Source: Ptychomitrium polyphyllum (taxonomy: Eukaryota). From it: 64,000 bases of DNA. Below the pieces are notes generated by a model. It did not search any database and was not told the DNA's origin. It saw only the letters and a program-made list of their open reading frames with translations. The stretch is from contig OZ316776.1 in assembly GCA_973851085.1 (NCBI GenBank), forward strand, positions 10,168,001 to 10,232,000, in the 5' to 3' direction. Of the stretch, positions 53,400 through 64,000 are shown piece after piece. How positions within the stretch are numbered: position 1 is the stretch's first letter; each line of letters starts with the position of its first letter. The translations under genes and the position numbers were made by a program.

Positions 53400-56300
53400 C
53401 TGCACCCAATGCGGAAGTTTGAGTTTGTGATTCTGATAATATTCGACATTCAATTGATCATCATTCAAAAGAATACATAAAAGCATATACGTTGCTTAGT
53501 TTAGAACGCTGGGAATTGTTAACGTGGGCATCATCTATGCTGCACCTAACTATGAAGTATCAACAAGCATGTTCATCATTAATCAATCACTCTTTTTGAT
53601 CAATGTAAATTCAAATTCATAGGTCATCTGACATGATCAAAATGGACGTTCTTAACACTAGTACATCGACAAGTTGGTGTTCTGTGACAAACCCACAACA
53701 TAGACAACATCACATACCTCTACAAGTTAAACGTTTATTCACACAAGCATGAAAACCATATAAACTACCATCACTTCACAGAAAGATGCCATCAAGAATA
53801 GTAACCAACTTAATGCAGATGGACCAATCGTCAGAAAGATATTTCTCATTACTCGCGCATCTCTTCAAAGCAAAAACTGATCTCAAGTCCAGAATTAGGG
53901 TTTTGTATTTTAGAGTGGGAGGAATGTTCAGCAAAATCCTGCAATAGCAATTGCACCACCACACATACAACAACAACCATCACACACAACACTAACACCA
54001 ACACACCCTACCACAAAGTCGACTTAGCGCAACTCCTTGAAAACACCAACGTCATGGAAAACAGACTCCTGACATTCCTTGAATCTCAAAAGCCACGACA
54101 GTACAAGAAACGGCAAGACAGAGTCAAACCCCAAATCAACACACCATTGGCTGGTCATTTCATAGCGTTACCTTCACCACAAATAGGCAAAGAAAGAAAA
54201 GGTGCACATGATGCTACCAGCGGGTGAAGCTGGTGGGGACTGGTCTGCATCTTAGGCTCTGGGTCCTCCATGATGAGCACCAAGCACTTGGCCTCCGCCG
54301 CGCACACCACTCTAGCGGCGGTAACATGCTGCCCTCAGCGCCCTGCCAATCATGCGAGTACTGCGGCAGAATGCAGCTGCCGCTGTTGGGGAAGGCTCGA
54401 CCTCCTCGCTGCACCTCCGCGCTCACCTTCCGTGCTCCTGCCGCTTCACGCTCACCACTAGTGCAAACCCTCCAGAAAGCTGTCGCAAAAACTGCACCTC
54501 AACCCATCAACACGCAGTTGACGGCACTCACCAGACGACACAAAGCTCGCAGCTCGCACTCACTTCACCCCTCAAAACAAAACGCTCCGTCGAACACTGT
54601 CCACACTTCCGTCTTTGTCACTCCGCCACAGTTAGTCCCGCCGCGATGCTCATCACCCCAACCATGCTTGTCGCCCCTATTTCATTCAAGCTCGCAACCA
54701 TGGAACCTCAAAGCTCTGTGCACGACTTCTTTCTCCACCGACGGCGCAGCGCTGTACCGGGTCTCCCGGTCGTCGGACACGGCTGGAGCACATCGTCGCG
54801 TGAGCTTGTCGGCCTACTCCCGGTTGCCGCCCTCGCCCTCGCTACACGTGCCGCTTCCTCTCGCATAGTATGTACCGACTTTTTACCTTTAATGACTTCT
54901 TGATCGAGGAATTTGCTTACGTGGCCTGCGTTTACTCGATGGATCCCAGGCCACCAGTTAATAGTCCATTGCTTTCTCCCAGGTCAACTGCAATATGCGC
55001 ACAAGGCGTTGGGAACCAGTCCTTACACCTTTACATGGTTATCATCTGGGTACCGTCTGGGTATCACGTTTGCAACACACTGCTATCATCTTAGAATCAT
55101 CTGGGTAACACATGTGTACCGTCTGGGTATCGCCTGGGTAGTGCATAATAATAACTTGAGAATTTTTTTGGCAATGACTATAACCAAGACCAATTCCAAG
55201 TGATGTTTTAGAAATTAGACAAAGGATGGATGAACGTCGATTATTTGTATTGAAATGTAGAAATCCAATGTGGCAATGTATGAGGTGGTGTTGTTTTGTC
55301 TTAAATTTCTTAAAGCTATTAAAACGGTTTTAATATTTCATCATTTTAACCCGTATTACATTCAATTTTTCAATTTATAAATTGAAACTATTGCTTTTGG
55401 AATTAATGTACTTGTTAGCTAGATTAGTAAAATATAAATGGCATTATGAATCTAAACTATATTTCAACTATTATATAATTCCATTGAAAATAATTGTCCA
55501 AAAAAATTCAAAGGTTGTTGTAATTTTAAAAATAGAAATGAAATAAAGAAATTTGGACCATGGTACTAAATTTCATTTAATAAATTGCTAACTATGAAAT
55601 TTATTCTAATATCAAGTTTTGAATTTTAATAATTTTTTTAATTGAGTTCAATATTATTACACGTATTTTATTTATATCAAAAATTTCTTGATTATAAAGA
55701 AATAGTTAAAATTTCTTTAAAATATAACATTATTGAATAGTTGAATGATTAAAGAGAAACTTAAGTTATTACTAAAATAAAATACCAAAAATAAATCAAA
55801 GCAATATAATATAATATCTTATTTTATTTTGTAAATAAATTAAAAATATTGGAGATTTTTAAAAAAATCTACACTAAAATTGTACAATGTCACGTACATC
55901 CATTATAAATAAAAAAAATGCAATTGTATTTAATAAACTGCTTTTTTTAATTGTTGAAATATGAATAAAAGTCATAATTTTTTTTAAGAAATATAGCATC
56001 AAAAGATTGGATTATGCATGTATTTAAGTAGTTGTTAACATCACACATTATTATATTTTTTATTCATCTAAATTTTTCTTGATTTTTATCTAAATTATCC
56101 ATAAATTTTATAATATGATTATTAAAACGAAAAATATATGATTGTAAAGATTACAATTAAGATACCAAAGTTGTGAAGATATAAGAATTAAATAGATCAA
56201 AAAAAATTTGTGAATCTTTTTTCAAAAAAACAAATATTTGTGTTCATTTTACAACTATACTTGCAATAAATCTTTGAGTGTTTATTGCACAACAAAACAT

Positions 56301-56419
56301 TGTAAGAGATTTATTACCAAAAATTTATCAATTCAATGTTACCTAGTAAAATCATATAAAGTCATTATAAAATACAACTAATGCACATTTTACAAAGCAA
56401 TTGGCGTATTCATGTAATT

Positions 56420-56675
56420 GTGTAGATTAGCAAATTGCATTTGGTAGAGTAGATTGGTAATATAAATTTGCGAGTTGCATTTGAAGCATAGAATTGCAAG
56501 ATGCATTTGGCAATGTAGATTGGCAAATTACACTTGCCAATATATATTAGCGTGATGCATTTGATTGTGTAGATTGGTTGATGCATTAGATAGAGTGAAT
56601 TGGCAAGATTTATAGGAATTGTAACTTGCCGTGATGCATTTGACTTTGTAGATTGGCGTGATGCATTTGGCGTGA
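56420..56675. repeat. Degenerate ~26-bp minisatellite (GTAGATTGGC..GATGCATTTG)
   Basis: Repeated GTAGATTGG and TGCATTTG modules, roughly 8-9 degenerate units. Confidence 0.65.
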
Positions 56676-56988
56676 AAAGGTTTGTTAATGTAAGCTCTAT
56701 GCAAATATTGATGGAAATAAGTTTGATATGCTTTTTGGTGTTGGAAAACGTCATATGCAAAGGTTATCCAAGTACCCAAAAGGTTTCTCTTTGTACAGGT
56801 TCGATATGAAAATGACAATGCTCCCCACTGTAATCTAGTTGATCGAACCCCTAATCGTGACGACTTTCCTGCTGTACCGTCCTCGCTCACATCTTCGCAA
56901 ACGCCGAAAGCAAACGCTGCGCCCAAAAAGTAAAAGGCGAGCGAGAAAGAAACCCCGAAACCGCCCTCGTCTGCGATTCCCACAACCT

Positions 56989-56997
56989 AAACCCTAA
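56989..56997 (+). promoter_or_regulatory. Telo-box (AAACCCTAA) near the eEF2 transcription start
   Basis: Exact motif about 230 bp upstream of the ATG. Telo-boxes are typical of plant translation-machinery genes. Confidence 0.6.
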
Positions 56998-57220
56998 CTC
57001 CCGTTGCCCGCCGCCGTCCGATCACCCTCTGCGCAGATCTCGGCCGTCCAATGCGGCTCTTCAGAACCTAAAGTCGCATATACTGCAGAGGCCGGTGTCG
57101 AGCCGAGTCCCTTCTGCATGTAGAGAAGAGCGGCCTGCTCTCTCGCAGTCTCACTCTCCGTCGTCTTCGTCCCCTCATTCTTGTTGCCCAGTGGGCGAGA
57201 ACCCCCTCAAGCTCGCCACG

Positions 57221-60200
57221 ATGGTACGTCGCGCTTCCTTTTGTTTGCTTCATTTCGTCAAGAATTCACAAATTTCTGTTGTTTTCAAGTCTTAGGGCAT
57301 TTAGTGCGCGTGCTGGTTGTAGGTGCTTTGGTTTTGAGTTGTGATGTAGGGGTTTCTTGGTGTCGAGAGGTTTTGCGCCGTGTGCGGCTCGGTCGCTGCT
57401 AGCGCCATGGTGTGTTTTAGGGGATCTGGCGGCTTTTGTATGGATTGTGTTGTGTTTTTGAGTATTTTGGTTTTTTGTGTAGGTTTTGGTTTTTGGTGGT
57501 GGGGGAATTGGTACGTGCGCTGACGGTGGTGTGTGGATGTGTGTTACAGGTGAAGTTTTCAGCTGATGAGTTGCGTGCTATTATGGACAAAAAGCACAAT
57601 ATCAGGAACATGTCCGTTATTGCTCATGTGGATCACGGTATGCCCACTCGTTCGCCCTCTCGAAATTCACGCGTAGCGAAAGTAGTACTTTAGTTCTTTC
57701 TTTGTATGGTCTGGTGCCGTGTTCAGTGGGGTTAGGCGAAGTCTTTAAAACTTCGGAATGTGACGACAATTCTGTGATACATTGTTACACTAATTACCTA
57801 GAAATGCTAGTCTTTACTCTTGGAGCATCCCTTTGAGTAAGGGTGTGCAGGATTTAAATAAGCTCAGCTAATATTGTACTTGAGTGTCTTTGTTTTCTTA
57901 GATTTCTTCAATCCACACTCGTCGGAAGTGGTGTCCTTGTACTGTGTTAAAGTGTGCGGTACATTAAAAACTAGATCTACTTGTGTTCCCTCTGCAGTCT
58001 CGTAGAATTTCTCCTGAATTTCTACAGTTCCGAATTTCAATCACTACAATCCCGTATAGACTCAAAAGCAGATGTTCACTTGAAGTGATCCAATCTGACG
58101 CAATATAACGCCTTTGATAGAGCTGGTTATGAAGAGCCTCTTCTTTTGAGTTATTTCTCTAGATTTTGGTGTCCTTTGATTGTTTTCCTTTATCTGCGGA
58201 CGCTTAGAACTTTTCGATCCGTGAATACATGTATGAACTAGGAGTTGCCTGGATAGAAGACGACACTGATGTGATCTCGCTTACATGTTACAGGAAAGTC
58301 CACGTTGACGGATTCCCTGGTGGCCGCTGCCGGCATTATCGCCCAAGAGACTGCTGGAGATGTGCGTCTTACTGATACTCGAACTGATGAGGCCGAGCGT
58401 GGTATCACCATCAAGTCCACTGGTATCTCTCTGTATTACGAGATGTCCCAGGAGTCCCTTAAGGACTACCACGGTGAGAAGGACGGACTCGACTACTTGA
58501 TCAACCTGATCGATTCCCCTGGGCATGTCGACTTCTCGTCTGAGGTGACTGCTGCTCTCCGTATTACCGATGGAGCTTTGGTGGTGGTGGACTGTATCGA
58601 GGGAGTGTGTGTACAGACCGAGACAGTGCTTCGCCAGGCTCTGGGAGAGAGGATCAGGCCAGTGTTGACGGTGAACAAGATGGACAGGTGCTTTTTGGAA
58701 TTGCAGGTGGACGGTGAGGAGGCATATCAGACCTTCCAGCGTGTGATTGAGAGCGCAAACGTGATCATGGCGACGTACGAGGACGCGCTTTTGGGAGACG
58801 TGCAGGTTTACCCCGAGAAGGGTACCGTGGCGTTCTCCGCCGGGCTCCACGGGTGGGCTTTCACGCTGACGAACTTCGCGAAGATGTATGCTGGCAAGTT
58901 CGGAGTGGACGAGAAGAAGATGATGGAGAGACTGTGGGGTGAGAACTACTTTGATCCTGCAACGAGGAAGTGGACGACCAAAAATACCGGGTCGGGGACC
59001 TGCCAGCGTGGTTTCGTGCAGTTCGTGTACAATCCTATTAAGCAGGTGATCAACATCTGTATGAACGACCAGAAGGACAAGCTGTGGCCCATGCTGGCTA
59101 AGCTGAACTGCGGTCTGAAGGCCGACGAGAAGGACCTGGTCGGAAAGGCTCTGATGAAGAGGACGATGCAGGCGTGGTTGCCTGCCGCTAGTGCATTGTT
59201 GGAGATGATGATCTTCCACCTGCCTTCTCCGGCGACGGCCCAGAAGTACAGGGTGGAGAACTTGTACGAGGGTCCGTTGGACGACCAGTATGCGAACGCC
59301 ATCAGGAACTGCGACCCCAACGGCCCCCTGATGCTGTACGTGTCGAAGATGATTCCTGCGTCTGACAAAGGTCGATTTTTCGCGTTCGGGCGTGTGTTTT
59401 CTGGAAAGGTGGCGACCGGAATGAAGGTTCGGATTATGGGTCCTAACTACGTTCCCGGGCAGAAGAAGGATCTGTACACCAAGTCGGTGCAGAGGACCGT
59501 CATCTGGATGGGAAGGAGGCAGGAGTCGGTTGAGGACGTGCCTTGTGGTAACACGGTGGCCATGGTTGGACTCGACCAGTTCATCACGAAGAACGCCACT
59601 TTGACCGGAGAGAAGGAGGTGGACGCCCACCCAATCAGGGCGATGAAGTTTTCAGTGTCTCCTGTGGTGCGCGTGGCTGTGCAGTGCAAACACGCGTCCG
59701 ATTTGCCCAAGTTGGTGGAGGGGCTGAAGCGTTTGGCAAAATCGGACCCCATGGTGTTGTGTATGATCGAGGAAAGCGGTGAGCACATCATCGCCGGAGC
59801 TGGAGAGTTGCATCTGGAGATTTGTCTGAAGGATCTGCAGGACGACTTCATGGGAGGTGCGGAGATCGTGGTGTCGGACCCAGTCGTGTCGTTCCGTGAG
59901 ACGGTGCTAGACAAGTCAGTGAGAACGGTGATGAGTAAGTCTCCCAACAAGCACAACAGACTGTACTTCGAGGCGAGGCCTCTGGAGGAGGGTCTGCCGG
60001 AGGCCATCGACGATGGACGCATCGGCCCCAGGGATGACCCGAAAGTGCGGAGTCAGATTCTGGCCCAGGAGTTTGGATGGGACAAGGACTTGGCGAAGAA
60101 GATCTGGTGTTTTGGACCTGAGACGACGGGACCCAATATGGTTGTGGATATGTGTAAGGGAGTGCAGTATCTGAACGAAATTAAGGACTCCGTAGTGGCC

Positions 60201-60734
60201 GCCTTCCAGTGGGCCACGAAGGAGGGTGCTTTGGCAGAGGAGAACATGCGCGGTATTGCGTTCGAGGTGTGCGATGTTGTGCTGCACACAGATGCCATCC
60301 ATCGTGGAGGAGGCCAGATTATCCCGACGGCTAGGCGTGTCATGTACGCTGCACAGCTAACGGCGAAGCCCCGTCTGTTGGAGCCAGTGTACCTAGTGGA
60401 GATCCAGGCCCCCGAGGGTGCGTTGGGAGGAATTTACGGCGTGCTGAACCAGAAGCGTGGGCACGTGTTTGAGGAGGTACAGAGGCCCGGAACGCCGCTG
60501 TACAACATCAAGGCGTACCTTCCCGTCATCGAGTCGTTCGGATTCTCCGGAACGTTGCGTGCTGCCACATCGGGACAGGCATTCCCACAGTGTGTGTTCG
60601 ACCATTGGGAGATGTTGAACAGCGACCCCATGGAGCCATCAACGCAGTCGGCCACGATCGTGCACGACATCAGGAAGCGCAAGGGATTGAAGGAACAGAT
60701 GACCCCGTTGTCCGAGTTTGAGGACAAGTTGTAA
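57221..60734 (+). CDS. eEF2: Translation elongation factor 2 (843 aa)
   Basis: Exons 57221-57223 (ATG), 57550-57637 and 58294-60734 sum to 2532 nt. Motifs are AHVDHGKST, RGITIKS, DSPGH, NKMD and the diphthamide loop [11 protein letters not shown]. Confidence 0.98.
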
Positions 60735-62786
60735 GGATGGGGTAGTTGAGGAATCTAAGTTTTGTGCGTTTCTAGATCAAGCATTTAGATGTTGTTGCAT
60801 TCCAGGGTCAGTATTGAGAAGCATGGGTGGTAGGTAATGGCAGCGTATTCAGGCTGGATGTAGTCAGCCGAAGCATTTGATTCTGTGATTTCGAAGAGTG
60901 AGCTCTCCGAGTATGTGACCTAGAATTTATGGACCTCTCTGGCTAATTTACTTGTTTAATGAGAAACTGTTTTTGCCTCTTGGAATTATAATGAAGCCTC
61001 CTTTTTACTCTGATTGTAAGAGTGTATGACCTTAAGGAATTCGTAACTTAGAGTCTTGCACTAACGCAGAATAGCCTGCTAGCTTAGTGTTTTTCATTGT
61101 AAGTTACAAAACTCAATTTTACACTTCAGCAGGAAAACCTGTTGGCGATAGTGTCTCCTTGTCTAAACGATGCCGAGTACTTGTACCAACCAAAAGTCGA
61201 AAAATAAATAGTTAAAACTAAAATCTCTAAAGATGACTAATAAAAAGAGGATTGGTCATATGTATGATGATTGAAACAAATTATATTAAGTCTCAATAAT
61301 CTTTTGTTACAGTTAAGAATTATTTTGTTTTATTTGGAAGTACTTATTTAGTTTATTATAATGTTGATGAAGGTGAATAAAACATTGTCTAAAACACATG
61401 AATATTTAGTAATTAAGGCTTTGCAGTCCTACACATACTATTAATGATCAAATTACCTAATATTAATTGCTTGCAAATTAAAGGCATGTAGACATTCAAT
61501 AATTTACAATGGATTTTTTTTTATCATATAAATGTTATATGATTATAAAAATCAAGTGTGGTTTCAAAGTGTAGGGCTAAGTTTTTGGACTTCAACAATT
61601 TATTTTTTAGTTCATGAGAATTTATTATTGGTGATATGATCCTTAGCCAATCTAAACAACCTTAAGGAGTTCCTTCATCTAAATGGACAATTGAAGTGCT
61701 TGCTTGGGCACTACAATAACAATCTCTTTTGTGTTGAGAAAGAATAAGCTTATTAGAGTTCAAGAGTGTAAATTGCAAACCCTCAAGTCTTCAATAACCA
61801 TTGTAAATGGAATCAATGATAATTAATTTTTAATGTACTTATTCATTTTTATATAATATTTATATTTTATAAATTTTTAGGTGATGAAATTTTTAAAATT
61901 TGAAAAGATACATTGTGCTTAAATTGCATGAATTTACGTATTAAGATATGTAAAATAAGATTTATTAGAACAGTTGAATTATACATTATACATAATTTAT
62001 ACATATTATATTTAGAAGAATACATCTATATAAAGTTATAAATAAGTTGATAGATTAATAAATAATTGAATAACTAAATAAGTGGTGGACGTGTTGAAGA
62101 TGGTGGATATATAATACATATTTGGTATAAAACTTGAATTCTTAACAAAATTAAAAAAATTGATTTAAAAAATATTAAAGTCTATAATTGTTATATAAAT
62201 AATTGAATATTTATACTATTAATGTTATTATTATTTTCAATCATAAATATCCTATTGTTATTGCTATTGTTTTAATTGCTAACATTTTTATTATTTTTAT
62301 TGTTAGCATTATTTTCTAGCTTTGTCATTAAAATATAAATGAGAAAAGAAATTTAAATTCTTTTTAAAAAACAAAAAACAAAAAAACAAAAAATTAAATT
62401 GAAATTGACAAATAAATACAACTACACATGTAATTAATTCTCACTATAATAGAAAATAAATCATTTATTTAGAAATGTAGAACATTCTATGTTTCTTGAA
62501 AATCAAAAATAAAATTATTGCTATAAATCATTTGCAAAAAAATATTACCATCTATATTTATCAAAAAAGTCCTCCATCATATTTACAATGTACAAATGTT
62601 CTTGAAAAAAATGTCAATTATCTAAAAAGTTTATTCATTAATGAAATGACAAGGATGTCCAAATTTATGGCCATGACTCACTTTGAATTAAAGCTAATTT
62701 TTCTAAATTTGGCTTTCTAAATCTCATTACAAAGTCCAAATTTAATATGATATTGTCATATAGGTTTACATTTTTTTTATTATACT

Positions 62787-63388
62787 TGTTACAAATATAG
62801 ATAATGCAATATGGTCCTTAGAATATTTTGGAACCATATGGTATATTATAGATGTTTCTTATAATACTTTCAAATGTCTCCATAGCCTTTCTATGTTCTT
62901 GGGAAGCTTCCTAGGAAAGTTCTTTCACTTTATGAAATTTCCTAAGAAGGTTCCATCATTCCAAGAAACTTCCTAGGAAGGCTCTATCACCTCAGGAAAC
63001 TTCCTAAGAAAGTTCCACCACCTCAGGAGATTTCTAAGGAAGGTTCTAAAATTTTGAAAAATTTCCAAGGAAGGTTCCAATTCCTTGGAAGTTTCTTAGG
63101 AAGGTTCCGATATTTTATGAAACTTCTTGGAAAGGTTCTCTAGACTTCTAAAATATTATTAAGCCTTATAGGAAGCTTATTTAAGTGTATCCTAAGAGAT
63201 ACAAGCGTCATTGTATAAATAGGAGGCAAGACAAGGTATTCTTTAGTCTTGCTAACACAAGTTGTGGATCATGTTGAATCCTCCCTTGTTCTAGTCTTTG
63301 TATCAAGTTCTTGTTAATCATTAGTTCTGTGGACGCTAATTCTTTGGAAACACTTCGTTTCTACTTCTTGTTTTTTGTGTCCCTAACA
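62787..63388 (+). mobile_element. Solo-LTR-like element with an internal ~31-bp tandem array
   Basis: TGTTA...TAACA termini and a TATAAATAGGAGGCAAGACAAG promoter block. About 8 units resembling GAAACTTCCTAGGAAGGTTCCACCACCTCAG lie at ~62900-63140. Confidence 0.8.
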
Positions 63389-63579
63389 AAACCAACTTCG
63401 CTCAAAACTTGTCCTTATCAAATCAAATAGATGAATAAATGAGTTCATTATGATTTTTGTAATAGATAAGTTTGTATAAAAAATAAATAGTTTCTGGTTT
63501 TTTTAATTTATAATTTACCTTTAATTATCCACCCTTCATAATATGATAGAAAAAAACTCTATGTGAATGTTCATGTTAC

Positions 63580-64000
63580 TATCACGGACATAGATCATGC
63601 AATATAGTCTTTAGAACCTTTTAGAACCTCTTGGCATATTAAAGTAGTTTTTAAAGATACTTTCAATGTCTCCATAGCCATTTCTACCTCTTTAGAAAAC
63701 TTCCTAACAAAGTTCCACCACCTCAAGAAACTTTTTAGGAAGATTCCAACATCTTGAGAAATCTCTAGGAAAGGTTCCATAGTCTTTTAGAACATTCTTA
63801 AACCTAGTAGGAAGTTTCTTTAAAAGTATATTAGGAAATACAAGCGTCATAGTATAAATAGGAGGCAAGACAAGGTATTCTTTAGTCTTGCCAATACTAG
63901 TTGTGGATCATATTGTATCCTGCCTTTGCTTTAGCCTTTGTATCAATTTTTCTTAATCATTAGTTTTGTGGAAGCTAATTCTTGGATAACATTTTGTTTA
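63580..64000 (+). mobile_element. Second copy of the same LTR family, running off the window end
   Basis: Colinear with 62787-63388 (TATCACGGACATAGATCATGC start, TATA block, GAAGCTAATTC) but with fewer internal repeat units. Confidence 0.8.

Noticed and set aside
58281..59630. 449-aa antisense ORF and other ORFs overlapping eEF2
   Set aside because: These are shadow ORFs caused by the strong codon bias of a highly expressed gene.
62900..63140. Regularly spaced ~21-bp conserved cores with variable ~10-bp linkers, superficially CRISPR-like
   Set aside because: The context is a eukaryotic LTR, the linkers are too short and related to each other, and there are no cas genes. It is a degenerate minisatellite.

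Overview
This is a eukaryotic, intron-rich plant nuclear window. GC-richer gene islands are separated by long, very AT-rich degenerate spacers. The gene styles, the LTR relics and a Tic62 without a C-terminal extension suggest a moss such as Physcomitrium (inference). Recognisable genes are a decayed nuclear gene for plastid ribosomal protein L5 (pseudogene), a plant multi-pass membrane protein, Tic62-like NAD(P)-binding protein, MSH3, an LCR/FBX6-like F-box protein, a CMGC-kinase relic and eEF2. There are also several solo-LTR-like relics and minisatellites. The most interesting signal lies in the first 16.3 kb, which has no conventional gene. It holds a cluster of four intact and one divergent paralogous small ORFs (54-72 aa for the intact copies). 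They share a gapless motif, [E/D]V..h.h.[K/Q]AY-(hydrophobic stretch)-[S/G]D.W, which looks like a family of single-pass membrane microproteins that I do not recognise. One copy has a miR529-complementary site immediately after its stop codon, and several copies share upstream CTAATT..CATG motifs.
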